From assembly GCA_963776275.1 (NCBI GenBank), contig CAVZMI010000023.1, positions 256,001 to 320,000 of the forward strand: DNA of 64,000 nucleotides, read 5' to 3'. This document shows, piece after piece, positions 21,373-32,079 of the stretch. This DNA is from Ignavibacteriota bacterium (GTDB lineage: Bacteria; Bacteroidota; Ignavibacteria; UBA10030; CAVZMI01). Positions within the stretch are counted from its first letter, which is position 1. Every line of letters starts with the position of its first letter. The notes below the pieces were generated by a model. It was not told where the DNA came from. It saw nothing but the letters and a program-made list of their open reading frames with translations, and did not search any database. Position numbers and translations under genes: made by a program.

Positions 21373-22515
21373 ATGACGGATTCTCTTCCGCGACGTTTTA
21401 TCTTTGTCGATCTTCTGCGCGGACTCGCCGTCTTCGTCATGATCGAAGTGCATGTGGTCAATGCGATCCTTCTACCTTCTCTCCGGACAGGCGATTTTTT
21501 TAGCGTGTTGAATTTTATTAACGGACTTGTTGCCCCATCGTTTATTTTCATAGCGGGCTTCGCATTTGCTATTTCAGCACGAAGGAAATGGAACGACTAC
21601 ACAAGACCCAGCCGGCCTCTTTTCATTCAGATACGCCGGCTCGGTATTATTATTCTCATCGGATATTTGCTCCACCTGCCGGTATTTTCATTCCAAAAAT
21701 TGTTGTTTGAATCCACTCCGCAGATGTGGGAAAAATTTTTCCAATCGGATGTACTTCATTGCATAGGAGTGTCATTGATATTCCTGCAGATTCTGGTCTT
21801 TCTTATCAAACGTGAAAAATGGGTCTACACGACGGCTGGCATAGTTGGTCTGATTTTTATTTTTGGAGCCCCATTGGCATGGATGAAAGATTATTCCGGA
21901 ATTATTTCACAACCGCTTGCTGCGTATATCAATAATTTTAATTATTCGCTCTTCCCACTTTTTCCATGGTTCGGGTATCTTATGGCAGGAGCTGTCATAT
22001 CGTATTTCTTTGTACGGATGAACGAATCGGGTCAGTCGGTGCGATTCATGAGATATGCGTCGACTATTTCTGGAATAATGATAGCTGGTGGGGTCATTTT
22101 CGAAATTCTGCCATTTTCCATTTATCCCGTGGCCGATTTCTGGCGGACAAGTCCGCAGTTCTTTTTCATCAGGCTCGGTATCGTGATTCTCCTTCTGGTC
22201 GGGCTTTGGTGTGGAGAGCAAAAACTTCATTATGGCGGTTCATTCCTGACGCGATTCGGTCAGGAATCGCTGATCGTCTATGTGTCGCATCTGACGATTA
22301 TCTTCGGTTCCATCTTCGGGGATCGGAGTATCGCGACGATCATAGGAAAAACACAGGGATATGAAACATCGTTTTTGGTGACGGCTGTACTGATTGTGGC
22401 GATGATCGGACTTGCCTATCTCTGGCACTGGTTAAAACGCGATCACAAAACAAAAGTCCACATCATCCAATGGGGAGGAGTAATACTCTTTTTCGGATTG
22501 TTTTTATGGAGGTAG
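21373..22515 (+). CDS. DUF1624 / acyltransferase-3-like membrane protein
   Basis: RFIFVDLLRGLAVFVMIEVH, DVLHCIG, FPLFPW. Confidence 0.85.
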   Translation: MTDSLPRRFIFVDLLRGLAVFVMIEVHVVNAILLPSLRTGDFFSVLNFINGLVAPSFIFIAGFAFAISARRKWNDYTRPSRPLFIQIRRLGIIILIGYLLHLPVFSFQKLLFESTPQMWEKFFQSDVLHCIGVSLIFLQILVFLIKREKWVYTTAGIVGLIFIFGAPLAWMKDYSGIISQPLAAYINNFNYSLFPLFPWFGYLMAGAVISYFFVRMNESGQSVRFMRYASTISGIMIAGGVIFEILPFSIYPVADFWRTSPQFFFIRLGIVILLLVGLWCGEQKLHYGGSFLTRFGQESLIVYVSHLTIIFGSIFGDRSIATIIGKTQGYETSFLVTAVLIVAMIGLAYLWHWLKRDHKTKVHIIQWGGVILFFGLFLWR

Positions 22516-22546
22516 TAAAAAAGCCTTAAAAATCAAGGCCTATAAG

Positions 22547-22620
22547 TACGCCCGTAGGGATTCGAACCCCAAACCTTCTGATCCGTAGTCAGATGCTCTA
22601 TCCAATTGAGCTACGGGCGC
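22547..22620 (-). tRNA. tRNA-Arg(ACG)
   Basis: GCGCCCGTAGCTCAATTGGATAGAGCATCTGACTACGGATCAGA... Confidence 0.95.
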
Positions 22621-22743
22621 AAACCTAATATGACGAAAATACAAAAAAAAAATCCATGATGCAAATATCATATTCCCGGTTGCAAAAGCTCATATTCATG
22701 TTTATATTATATTTTCTTATTAGAGAACTGGAAGCCATATCGC

Positions 22744-23454
22744 ATGTCCGCTGAGAAGTCACAACAAAATGAAAATCCAAAAACGATCATCGTTGTCGAA
22801 GACGATCCGATGCAGCAATTGATTCTGAGTAAGACTCTCGGTACTCATGGATATGAAGTAACAATAACAGATGATGGCCGGTCTGGACTGGAAAAAGCCC
22901 GCGTGGTAAAACCTAATGTTCTTATCACAGACTGGATGATGCCTGAAATGGATGGTGGAGAACTCTGCCGTCGAATTAAAGAAGATCCCGAACTTCGTTT
23001 TACTTATGTTATAATTCTCACTGCAAAAGAAGGAAGTGATGCAAAAATCCAGGGATTGGACAGTGGTGCCGATGACTATCTGGTAAAACCGTTTCAATTT
23101 GAAGAACTGCTTGCACGTGTGCGGGTCGGTTTCCGTATTCGCGCGTTACAACAAGAATTAGCATTCTTACAACATCAGCTTGCTATTGTCGAGCTTGCTC
23201 GGACTATGGGACATGAGATCAACAACCCGTTGGCAATTTTGAAGGGCTATATAGAACTTGCCGAGATTTACCTGAAGAAGCATCCGGATGAAACGCTGCA
23301 ACGACAGCTTTCACTGATACGATCTGCGGCAGAAAAAATACAGTTGGTCGTCGGACGATTGCAACAACTGAGAAATCCGACGCAGACAGAATATATTCGT
23401 GGAATGAATATGGTAGATTTGTGGGATATTGGAAAGAAAGATACACCGTTGTAG
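22744..23454 (+). CDS. Response regulator (REC + HisKA-like, no ATPase domain)
   Basis: VVEDD, DWMMPEMDG, DYLVKPF, GHEINNPL. Confidence 0.9.
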   Translation: MSAEKSQQNENPKTIIVVEDDPMQQLILSKTLGTHGYEVTITDDGRSGLEKARVVKPNVLITDWMMPEMDGGELCRRIKEDPELRFTYVIILTAKEGSDAKIQGLDSGADDYLVKPFQFEELLARVRVGFRIRALQQELAFLQHQLAIVELARTMGHEINNPLAILKGYIELAEIYLKKHPDETLQRQLSLIRSAAEKIQLVVGRLQQLRNPTQTEYIRGMNMVDLWDIGKKDTPL

Positions 23455-23523
23455 CCTTAACGGGAATCGAACCCGTATTTGAGCCTTGAGAGGGCTCCGT
23501 CCTGACCGTTAGACGATAAGGCC
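23452..23523 (-). tRNA. tRNA-Glu(CTC)
   Basis: GGCCTTATCGTCTAACGGTCAGGACGGAGCC-CTCTCAA-GGCTC. Confidence 0.93.
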
Positions 23524-23747
23524 TTGTAAATAGTGAATTGCGAATAGTGAGTTGTGAGTGTTTATTAAAGACTGTTCTTTAGCTAGTGAAGGGATGGCTG
23601 TGGAGCTTTTCTTTTTTCGGGTTTCAGCTCTCAAGCCGGACAACGAAAAATGAGTTGCTGGATATGAATGAAAAAGTAAAGGCTTATCGAAAAGAATCAG
23701 CCATCGAAACACTCACAATTCACAACTCAATATTCACAATTTACAAG
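23524..23747. repeat. Inverted heptamer-repeat arms in the tRNA spacer
   Basis: TTGTAAATAGTGAATTGCGAATAGTGAGTTGTGAGTGTTT ... AAACACTCACAATTCACAACTCAATATTCACAATTTACAA. Confidence 0.75.
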
Positions 23748-23820
23748 CTGCCCCGCTAGGGCTCGAACCTAGACTTTCCTGATCCAGAGTCAGGCGTGTT
23801 GCCAATTACACCACGGGGCA
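23748..23820 (-). tRNA. tRNA-Gln(CTG)
   Basis: TGCCCCGTGGTGTAATTGGCAACACGCCTGA-CTCTGGA-TCAGG. Confidence 0.95.
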
Positions 23821-23996
23821 AAATTGTTTTAAATGTTAGTGAAAACTGACCTGAAAATCAAGCCTTTTTCCCTTTCTCTGCTTTACGGGCGAGGGAAATC
23901 ATTTCCTTGACTTTCCTTTCAGATTTTATTATTTTTGCACACTAAATTCGTTAAGATGTCGGATTTCCCCCTCTTCTCTACCCAAAGGAGTCTCCG

Positions 23997-24716
23997 GTGC
24001 CAAAACAGGAAAAGAAGGAACTGTATTTCGACGGGAGAAGTAAGCGGCTGTATCGCATTGAGAAATCCGATAGTGCACTTTTAGAGTTTAAGGACGAAAC
24101 AGAGTTACGTAATAAACAGAAAGTAAGGATTAAGGACCGAGGGTCGTTCAATAACGAGATTTCCGCATATCTTTTTGAATATCTTGAGGGATTTCATATA
24201 CCGACGTATTTTGTGAAAAAGATCTCTCCGACGGAATCCGTTGTTAAATCTCTTGATCTATTTCCTCTTGAGGTAGTGATTCGCAATGTGGCGGGTTCGG
24301 CATTTGCAAAGCGTTACGGAGTGAAAGAAGGAACCGACTTACCATATCCGGTTATTGAGCATTATTATGTGAACGAAGAGCTTCACAGTCCGTTTGTGAA
24401 CGAGTATCATGTGTACGTCCTATTGATCGCTTCACCCGAAGAGTTACGTATTATGAATCGTATGGCATCGAAGACCAACGCGGTACTCCGGTCGCTGTGC
24501 GATCGCCGGCGATTGAAGCTTGTCGATTGTACACTTCGTTTCGGCCGGCATAAAGGGCAGATTCTGTTGGGAGATGAAATCACTCCGGAAACATGTCAGT
24601 TCTGGGATGTTACGGGTCGCCGCATCGATAAAGAGCGGTTCCGCGTCGACGGCTCCGAATCACGCGAGGTTTATGAAGAAATTCGCAATCGCATTGTCAA
24701 GGGTATCAGTACTTGA
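23997..24716 (+). CDS. purC: SAICAR synthetase-like protein with degenerate active site
   Basis: PLEVVIRNVAGS, LGDEITP, DKERFR; several invariant residues are altered. Confidence 0.8.
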   Translation: MPKQEKKELYFDGRSKRLYRIEKSDSALLEFKDETELRNKQKVRIKDRGSFNNEISAYLFEYLEGFHIPTYFVKKISPTESVVKSLDLFPLEVVIRNVAGSAFAKRYGVKEGTDLPYPVIEHYYVNEELHSPFVNEYHVYVLLIASPEELRIMNRMASKTNAVLRSLCDRRRLKLVDCTLRFGRHKGQILLGDEITPETCQFWDVTGRRIDKERFRVDGSESREVYEEIRNRIVKGIST

Positions 24717-24739
24717 TGATGAATGAGGGTGTGATGGGA

Positions 24740-25387
24740 ATGACGAGGTATGGCACCGATACGCTGCTGACAATCGGTATTGCGTGCCTTGTGATTATTC
24801 TTGCGGCTCTGTTTCTTATCAATCATACCACAGTTAAAGCTATTATCATTATTTTATCTGTGGTGTTTTTAGGCTTTTCGTTGAATTTTTTTAGAGATCC
24901 GCACCGTAATCCCCCACATAACGACAACGCAATTCTCTCTCCAGCCGACGGTACCGTCGTGCTGATTAAGGATGTCGATGAACGGGAATTTCTAAACGCG
25001 CCTGCAGTTCAGGTGAGTATTTTTATGTCTCCGCTTGATGTTCATGTAAATCGCTTCCCAATCAGCGGAACAGTGGTTTTTTTTCGTTATATTACTGGTG
25101 ACTATGTTGTGGCAATGGATGATAAATCGTCCGAACGGAATGAACGAACGCATATCGGAATTGAAAACGAACGATTCAGGGTGTTGATAAAACAAATCGC
25201 AGGATTTATTGCGCGAAGGATAGTATGCGATCTTCATGTCGGTGATCGTGCCGTTGCGGGTGAGCGATTCGGCATGATTAAATTCGGTTCCCGAGTCGAT
25301 GTGATTATGCCCGTTGGAACGGCGGTGAATGTCTCGCTGAATCAGCATGTCACCGCAGGTGAGACGGTTATCGGGATGATGAGGTAA
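24740..25387 (+). CDS. psd: Phosphatidylserine decarboxylase
   Basis: FFRDP, SPADG, DVHVNR, IKFGSRVD. Confidence 0.93.
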   Translation: MTRYGTDTLLTIGIACLVIILAALFLINHTTVKAIIIILSVVFLGFSLNFFRDPHRNPPHNDNAILSPADGTVVLIKDVDEREFLNAPAVQVSIFMSPLDVHVNRFPISGTVVFFRYITGDYVVAMDDKSSERNERTHIGIENERFRVLIKQIAGFIARRIVCDLHVGDRAVAGERFGMIKFGSRVDVIMPVGTAVNVSLNQHVTAGETVIGMMR

Positions 25388-25398
25388 AAGCATAGAAT

Positions 25399-25491
25399 GT
25401 TTCAGGTTTAAGGTTTTAAAGTTTCATGTTAAAATGCAGGGACCTGAAACCTGAAACCTGAAACCTGAAACCTGAAACTTTAAACTTGAAA
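25399..25491. repeat. (CCTGAAA)5 heptamer array with an inverted partner arm
   Basis: GTTTCAGGTTTAAGGTTTT...(CCTGAAA)x5 CTTTAAA CTTGAAA. Confidence 0.85.
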
Positions 25492-25528
25492 CTCGTTGGT
25501 ACGGCGGTATCTTTTACGGGGATCTTTT

Positions 25529-26296
25529 ATGAGGATTACACGGGCGGTTGTACCGAGCTTGTTCACTGTGTTGAACATGTTCTGCGGTTTCAATGCAATC
25601 GTGAGTACTACCAACGGCGATTACGTCGTAGCAATCTGGTTTGTCGTCCTTGCAGGAGTGTTCGATTCTGTCGATGGAGTGATGGCACGACTCACCAAAT
25701 CGACGAGTCAGTTCGGCGTTGAGATCGATTCTCTGTCCGATATTGTATCCTTTGGTGTCGCGCCGTCGTTTATTGTGTATCACGTGTACCTGAAGGAACT
25801 CAACGGGCTCGGCATATTAATCAGTTCATTACTGATGATTTTCGGAGGGATTCGTCTGGCCCGGTTTAATGTCCAACTCGTCGGTTTTAATAAATCATTT
25901 TTCACCGGATTACCGATTCCTGCATCGGCAGTCACCGTCTGTTCATTTATCCTGCAGACGTACGATAACACGTTCGGATTGAATACCTTGGGCCGTGCGG
26001 TGCTTCCGTATCTTGTAATTGCGATATCACTGCTCATGGTCAGTCGTGTGAAGTACGATACGTTCCCCAAGTTTTCGAAGAAGGGAATAAAGAAGGAGCC
26101 GATAAAATTTTTCCTCTTTGTGGTTGGAGCTATCATCGTCATGGTTACGAAAGGGCAGGCGTTATTCGGTGTTTCATTGCTCTTCGTTATGTTAGGAGTG
26201 GTTCGATACGCGATCGGCTTTGGGAAACACCTACTCCACCCGTCATCGAAAGCCGCTGAAGAGGAAGAGACTGAAATAGGCAGCGTAGATTTTTAA
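25529..26296 (+). CDS. pssA: CDP-diacylglycerol--serine O-phosphatidyltransferase
   Basis: DSVDGVMAR...FGVEIDSLSD, RLARFN, FTGLPIP. Confidence 0.93.
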   Translation: MRITRAVVPSLFTVLNMFCGFNAIVSTTNGDYVVAIWFVVLAGVFDSVDGVMARLTKSTSQFGVEIDSLSDIVSFGVAPSFIVYHVYLKELNGLGILISSLLMIFGGIRLARFNVQLVGFNKSFFTGLPIPASAVTVCSFILQTYDNTFGLNTLGRAVLPYLVIAISLLMVSRVKYDTFPKFSKKGIKKEPIKFFLFVVGAIIVMVTKGQALFGVSLLFVMLGVVRYAIGFGKHLLHPSSKAAEEEETEIGSVDF

Positions 26297-26328
26297 TGAT
26301 TGTATGGTGTAAAAGAAAAGGACCGTGC

Positions 26329-26580
26329 GTGTTTATAGCAAAAATTACCGTCACTCTTCGGAAATCAATTCTTGATCCTCAAGGGAAAGCAGTCCTGCAC
26401 GGTGCCCATTCCTTGGGGTATACGGCTATCAATGATATACGGATAGGAAAGTTTATCGAAATGAAAATCAATGCCCCGACGGAAGCTGAAGCGCGTAGGG
26501 TCACAGAAGAAATATGCCAGAAACTACTGGCAAATCCAGTAATGGAAGATTATCTATATACAATGGAACAAAGCATATGA
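26329..26580 (+). CDS. purS: FGAM synthase subunit PurS
   Basis: [23 protein letters not shown]. Confidence 0.95.
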   Translation: MFIAKITVTLRKSILDPQGKAVLHGAHSLGYTAINDIRIGKFIEMKINAPTEAEARRVTEEICQKLLANPVMEDYLYTMEQSI

Positions 26581-27311
26581 ATTCAGAGATTAAATTCGGA
26601 GTCGTTGTTTTCCCGGGATCAAATTGTGACCATGACGCATATCATGTCGCGAAACATATCATGGGTCAGGATGCACGGTTTATCTGGCACAAGGAAAGAT
26701 CGGTCGGCGATGTCGACGTAGTTGTTCTTCCCGGAGGATTCTCCTATGGCGATTATCTGCGATGTGGTGCAATTGCACGTTTCTCGCCGGTAATGAAAGA
26801 TGTGGTCCGCTTTGCACACGAAGGCGGGACAGTCATCGGTATCTGCAACGGATTTCAGGTACTGTGCGAGGCAGGATTACTGCCCGGCGTGTTGCTGCGG
26901 AATCAATCGTTAAAATTCGAATGCCGCGTTGTCCGACTGAGAGTCGAAAACGCGCTGACACGATTTACACAAAAATATACGCGTGGGAATGTGATCTCGA
27001 TTCCGATCGCTCACGGCGACGGGAATTATTTTGCCGAACCTGACGTGATTCAGCAATTACTCGATCATCAGAGGATTGTATTCCGCTATTGTGATGCGAA
27101 TGGTGAAATTACGCCGGAATCGAATCCGAATGGATCGATATTGAATATCGCCGGAATTATCAATGAACGTGGAAATGTCCTGGGTATGATGCCGCATCCG
27201 GAACGCGCATCGGAAGTGCTGCTGGGAATGAACGACGGACGGAAAATTTTCGAGTCTATTATAGAGAGTGTTATGAATCAATGTTCAACAATCGCCGAAA
27301 GGGTGGGATGA
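26577..27311 (+). CDS. purQ: FGAM synthase subunit PurQ
   Basis: [32 protein letters not shown]. Confidence 0.97.
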   Translation: MNSEIKFGVVVFPGSNCDHDAYHVAKHIMGQDARFIWHKERSVGDVDVVVLPGGFSYGDYLRCGAIARFSPVMKDVVRFAHEGGTVIGICNGFQVLCEAGLLPGVLLRNQSLKFECRVVRLRVENALTRFTQKYTRGNVISIPIAHGDGNYFAEPDVIQQLLDHQRIVFRYCDANGEITPESNPNGSILNIAGIINERGNVLGMMPHPERASEVLLGMNDGRKIFESIIESVMNQCSTIAERVG

Positions 27312-27314
27312 GGA

Positions 27315-27512
27315 ATGAATCTGGGAGCACCGGAAATAATATTAATCATTCTTGTCATTGTCATTTTCTTTGGTGCCAAGAAAATCCCGGAACTTGCCCA
27401 GGGCCTGGGAAAAGGAATCAGAGAATTCCGTAAAGCTGCCCGCGAGATCGAAGAAGATGTCCAGCAAGAGCCGAAAAAACTCGACGAGAAACCATCGGAG
27501 GAGAAGAAGTAA
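27315..27512 (+). CDS. tatA: TatA/E subunit
   Basis: FFGAKKIPELAQGLGKGIREF. Confidence 0.92.
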   Translation: MNLGAPEIILIILVIVIFFGAKKIPELAQGLGKGIREFRKAAREIEEDVQQEPKKLDEKPSEEKK

Positions 27513-27563
27513 TCTTGCAGAAATATTTCGGGCAAGAGCGGGTACACATGGGGAGATGGAATC

Positions 27564-27746
27564 ATGTTTGAAAACCTTGGTTTTGGAGAAATCCTTTTAA
27601 TTGCAGTTGTCATGCTGATTTTCTTTGGTCCGAAAAAACTACCGGAGATCGGGAAGAGCTTCGGCAAAGGATTATCGGAATTTAAGCGGGTAATGCGCGA
27701 TGTGCAGGATAGCATTACATCAGAAATCGACAAAGAAAAAAAATAG
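27564..27746 (+). CDS. Second TatA/TatB-family subunit
   Basis: FFGPKKLPEIGKSFGKGLSEFK. Confidence 0.88.
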   Translation: MFENLGFGEILLIAVVMLIFFGPKKLPEIGKSFGKGLSEFKRVMRDVQDSITSEIDKEKK

Positions 27747-27832
27747 AGTGATCAGCAGCAATCCGACAGACCATCACTTACACCGAAGAAACGGATTATT
27801 TCCTTCTCTGACTATTTCAGGAGTGTTGAAGA

Positions 27833-29257
27833 GTGTCGATTCCTAAAGACTACGGAACACTACGCCGCATTCTTTTTGAACGCCGCATGAGTTGCCGTGG
27901 GGTGACCGAACACTATCTTGCAGCAATTGACAAGAAAAAACATCTCAACGCATTTCTCTCGGTTGATTCTGAGAATGTACTTCACCAGGCTGACGATGTC
28001 GATGCAAAGCTCGCTAATGGTACGGCCGGGCAGCTTGCGGGGATGGTAGTTGCTATAAAAGATAATATCTGCATCCGGGGCGGTTCTGCCTCATGTGCCT
28101 CAAAGATTCTTGAAAGTTTTCGATCATTGTATGATGCGACGGTAATTCAAAAACTTCGCAACGCCGACGCGATTCTGATAGGGAAAACCAATCTTGATGA
28201 ATTTGCTATGGGTTCTTCAACCGAAAATTCCGCTTTTGGTCCCGTAAAAAACCCCGTGGATGAATCAAGAGTACCCGGCGGCTCCAGCGGCGGTTCATGT
28301 GTTGCGGTGGCCGCTGAAATGGCAATGACCGCTCTCGGCTCCGATACGGGCGGGTCAATTCGTCAACCGGCGGCATTCTGCGGTATTGTCGGACTCAAAC
28401 CAACCTATGGTCGGGTGTCGCGGTACGGACTTGTCGCACTCTCATCATCGTTTGATCAGATCGGACGCTTCGCTCACAACGTCCGCGACGCCGCAAGCGT
28501 CCTGAGTGTGATCGCAGGACATGATCCCAATGACTCTACTTCGGCGAATATCCCCGTCCCGGATTATAACGATTTTCTCACACGGGAGATCAAGGGACTC
28601 CGCATTGGAATTGCACGTGAAGCATTCGGCGAAGGACTCCAGCAAGACACCAGAAAAGCGATCGAGCGAGTTCTCGATCTTCTCCGTTCCCTGGGTGCGA
28701 TTGTCGAAGAAATTTCGCTGCCCCATTCGGAATATACAACGGCGACATATTACATTCTGATGACGGCCGAAGCATCATCGAATCTCGCTCGCTACGACGG
28801 GGCACGATATGGATACCGGGCTTCACATCCGCATGATCTGGCTGAAATGTACACAAAATCAAGGAGTGAAGGATTCGGTCCAGAAGTGAAACGGCGAATC
28901 ATGCTCGGGATCTATGTCCTTTCAGCCGGATACTATGATGCATATTACCGAAAGGCTCAGAAAGTCCGCCGACTCATCCAGGAAGACTTCTTCACGGCTT
29001 TTAATAAGGTTGATTGTATTATTTCACCGGTATCGCCCACAACGGCATTTAAATGCGGTGAGAAAACCGCAGATCCGCTCCAGATGTATCTTTCGGATAT
29101 CTATACCGTCTCGGCAAATCTTGCCGGCATACCGGCTATCAGCATTCCCTGTGGGAAAGACCGTGATGGTTTGCCGATCGGTCTCCAGATCTCCGGGAAG
29201 CAATTTGACGAGACGACAATTCTTCGCTGTGCCGATACAATTGAATCACTCACATAA
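27833..29257 (+). CDS. gatA: Glu-tRNA(Gln) amidotransferase subunit A
   Basis: [41 protein letters not shown]. Confidence 0.97.
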   Translation: MSIPKDYGTLRRILFERRMSCRGVTEHYLAAIDKKKHLNAFLSVDSENVLHQADDVDAKLANGTAGQLAGMVVAIKDNICIRGGSASCASKILESFRSLYDATVIQKLRNADAILIGKTNLDEFAMGSSTENSAFGPVKNPVDESRVPGGSSGGSCVAVAAEMAMTALGSDTGGSIRQPAAFCGIVGLKPTYGRVSRYGLVALSSSFDQIGRFAHNVRDAASVLSVIAGHDPNDSTSANIPVPDYNDFLTREIKGLRIGIAREAFGEGLQQDTRKAIERVLDLLRSLGAIVEEISLPHSEYTTATYYILMTAEASSNLARYDGARYGYRASHPHDLAEMYTKSRSEGFGPEVKRRIMLGIYVLSAGYYDAYYRKAQKVRRLIQEDFFTAFNKVDCIISPVSPTTAFKCGEKTADPLQMYLSDIYTVSANLAGIPAISIPCGKDRDGLPIGLQISGKQFDETTILRCADTIESLT

Positions 29258-29267
29258 TGACTGAACA

Positions 29268-30467
29268 ATGAATATTCCGGTCAGACTTGTAATAATTTTG
29301 TCGATCCTGATGGAGAGTACAATCGCCCAGCAAAAAGTGTTGACCGGAATTGATATACTCGAAAAAAATCATTATGCGCCGCTGGTCGGCAAACGGGTCG
29401 GATTGATCACAAACCAGACCGGCATTGATGTCAATGGAAAGAGTACAATTGAACTTCTGGCGCATGCTCCCGGAGTGAAACTCAGAGCACTGTTTGCTGC
29501 CGAGCATGGAATTACCGGTAATGAAGACCGCGAAGGTATCGCTGATACCATTGAATCAAAAACCGGTGTGAAAGTCTATTCTCTCTACGGTACGACACGC
29601 CGCCCGGCAGCAAAGATGCTGGCAAATATCGACATTCTTGTTTATGACATTCAGGATGTCGGAGCAAGGTATTACACCTACATCACGACGCTCGGATATG
29701 CCCTGGAAGAAGCGGCAAAATACAAAAAGAAATTTGTCGTGCTCGATCGGCCGGTGATGATTCGGGGCGATATTGTCGAAGGAGATGTTCTGCCGGATTC
29801 GGTCAGAAGTTTTATCGGCTATTATCCGATTTGTGTGCGGTATGGCATGACTCCCGGAGAGATAGCAACTATGTATCGGTCGATAGGGAAACTCGATGTC
29901 GATCTCGAGGTCATTAAGTGTGAAGGATGGAATCGGTCGATGTGGTTTGACGAGACAGGTTTGCTGTGGCGAAATCCGTCGCCCAATATTCGGAATTGCA
30001 GCGCAGCCATTCTGTATTCGGGGCTCGGTGCTCTTGAAGCCACAAACCTCTCGGTCGGCCGCGGTACCGACACGCCGTTCGAGGTGTATGGAGCTCCATT
30101 CCTCGATGCAAAGAAATTGGCGGACATGATGAATGCAATATATGTCGCAGGAGTACGCTTCCATCCTGTAGATTTTACACCAACATCGAGTACATTCAAA
30201 GGTGAACTCTGTCATGGTGTCCGCATAGAGATTATAGACCGGAACGCCATACGCACGTCGATACTCATGATTAAACTTGCTAATGAGATTCGGAAACAAT
30301 CACATCTATGGGATTATCATAAGGATGGCTTCAGGACGATGGTGGGTACGAACGACATGATTTCGATGTTTGATGCGGATGAATGCACATGTCACATTAC
30401 CTCGACATTTAGTTCGAAGGCGGCGCAATTCGAGCACTACCGGTTGCCGTATTTGCTTTATAAATAG
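29268..30467 (+). CDS. DUF1343 / NamZ-type exo-beta-N-acetylmuramidase
   Basis: EHG, SLYG, DIQDVGARYYTY, PSPN, SVGRGT. Confidence 0.9.
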   Translation: MNIPVRLVIILSILMESTIAQQKVLTGIDILEKNHYAPLVGKRVGLITNQTGIDVNGKSTIELLAHAPGVKLRALFAAEHGITGNEDREGIADTIESKTGVKVYSLYGTTRRPAAKMLANIDILVYDIQDVGARYYTYITTLGYALEEAAKYKKKFVVLDRPVMIRGDIVEGDVLPDSVRSFIGYYPICVRYGMTPGEIATMYRSIGKLDVDLEVIKCEGWNRSMWFDETGLLWRNPSPNIRNCSAAILYSGLGALEATNLSVGRGTDTPFEVYGAPFLDAKKLADMMNAIYVAGVRFHPVDFTPTSSTFKGELCHGVRIEIIDRNAIRTSILMIKLANEIRKQSHLWDYHKDGFRTMVGTNDMISMFDADECTCHITSTFSSKAAQFEHYRLPYLLYK

Positions 30468-30523
30468 TCGAGAGATTTTTGATATATGTCTTGAATCACA
30501 AAAGGACTTTATTAAGATAGTGT

Positions 30524-31528
30524 ATGAGTATTCTCGTAGATAGAACCACACGACTTGTGGTTCAGGGTATTACAGGTGCAGAAGGAACATTTCATACACA
30601 GCAAATGATTGCCTACGGTACGAATGTTGTCGCTGGTGTCACCCCCGGCAAAGGGGGGATGATTTACAGAGGAGATGAAGCGAATATTTTTTCGAAGGAG
30701 ATACCGGTATTTAATACAGTAAGAGACGCTGTTGAAAAAATGAGGGCAAATTCCTCTGTGATCTTTGTTCCACAGGCTTTCGCTGCGGATGCGATCATGG
30801 AGGCGGCCGACGCAGGAATCCGTCTTGTTGTATGTATTACTGAAGGAATTCCGGTCAGCGATATGGTTCGCGTGAAAGAATATCTTCAAATGAAAACGAC
30901 ACGATTGATCGGGCCAAATTGTCCCGGTGTGATTACACCCGGCGCCGCAAAGATTGGCATCATGCCAGGATTTATCCATACAAAGGGGTCGGTTGGAGTT
31001 ATTTCTCGGAGCGGAACGCTGACCTACGAGGCCGTCTGGCAGCTCACACAATTAGGGTATGGACAATCAACCTGTATTGGTATTGGCGGTGATCCGATTA
31101 TCGGCACGAAATTTATAGATGCATTGAAATTGTTTAAGGATGATCTGCAGACTGAGGCAGTGGTCATGATCGGCGAAATCGGCGGGACTGCAGAAGAAGA
31201 AGCCGCGGCATACATTCGGAAAGAATTTCCAAAACCTGTCATCGGTTTCGTTGCCGGCCGGACAGCTCCGCCGGGACGAAGAATGGGACATGCGGGCGCT
31301 ATCATCTCCGGTGGAAAGGGAACCGCGGCCGAAAAAATAGCAGTAATGAAGAGAGCAGGAATCCACGTGGTCGAGAGTCCAGCCCGAATAGGTGCAACAC
31401 TGGCCGAAGTCCTTGAAAAAAGTAAAAAGAAAAATGCGGAACAAAAAAAGAAAATTAAGAAAGGAACGATAACAAAAACAATCCGTAAAGTTAAAAAGAA
31501 CAGAAGAACAAAGAAAATCAAACGTTAA
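30524..31528 (+). CDS. sucD: Succinyl-CoA ligase alpha subunit with Lys-rich tail
   Basis: [28 protein letters not shown]. Confidence 0.97.
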   Translation: MSILVDRTTRLVVQGITGAEGTFHTQQMIAYGTNVVAGVTPGKGGMIYRGDEANIFSKEIPVFNTVRDAVEKMRANSSVIFVPQAFAADAIMEAADAGIRLVVCITEGIPVSDMVRVKEYLQMKTTRLIGPNCPGVITPGAAKIGIMPGFIHTKGSVGVISRSGTLTYEAVWQLTQLGYGQSTCIGIGGDPIIGTKFIDALKLFKDDLQTEAVVMIGEIGGTAEEEAAAYIRKEFPKPVIGFVAGRTAPPGRRMGHAGAIISGGKGTAAEKIAVMKRAGIHVVESPARIGATLAEVLEKSKKKNAEQKKKIKKGTITKTIRKVKKNRRTKKIKR

Positions 31529-31545
31529 CATTTAGGAGAAATCAA

Positions 31546-31974
31546 TTGATAGAACGTACGCTTGCAATTTTAAAACCTGATTGTGTTTCAAAGAAACTTT
31601 TAGGCGAGGTGATCGCGCGCATAGAGAGAGCAGGATTTACTCTTGTTGCAATGAAAACGGTACGATTGACAAAAGAAACGGCGGAAGGATTTTATGCCGT
31701 CCATCGCAGCCAGCCATTTTTTGGGCCTCTTCTCGAATACATGAGTTCCGGAAAGTGCATCCCGATCGTGCTTGAAAAGGAGAATGCCGTCGCCGACTTC
31801 CGCACACTGATCGGTGCGACCGATCCGAAGGAGGCGGCGCCCGGGACGATCCGCAAGAAATTTGCCGAGAGCACGGTTAAAAATATAGTCCATGGTTCCG
31901 ATTCGGTAGAAAACGGCCGAATTGAAATAACGTATTTCTTTTCACAACGAGAATTGGTTTCACTTACGAAGTGA
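31546..31974 (+). CDS. ndk: Nucleoside diphosphate kinase
   Basis: [23 protein letters not shown]. Confidence 0.97.
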   Translation: MIERTLAILKPDCVSKKLLGEVIARIERAGFTLVAMKTVRLTKETAEGFYAVHRSQPFFGPLLEYMSSGKCIPIVLEKENAVADFRTLIGATDPKEAAPGTIRKKFAESTVKNIVHGSDSVENGRIEITYFFSQRELVSLTK

Positions 31975-32079
31975 TTCATAAAGAAATTAGGTTCTTGATT
32001 CTCTTGCCGAATTTCGTTATTTTAATCAGGGTTTGTCATTTTAACGGTAAACGAAACATTGAGAAAGAAGGAGCATTTC

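Noticed and set aside
25399-25491. CRISPR array
   Set aside because: These are tandem 7-mers without spacers, and no cas genes are present in the window.
29556-31531. Long antisense ORFs opposite DUF1343 and sucD (and similar ones opposite hrpB and the MCP gene)
   Set aside because: They are shadow ORFs of well-conserved genes.
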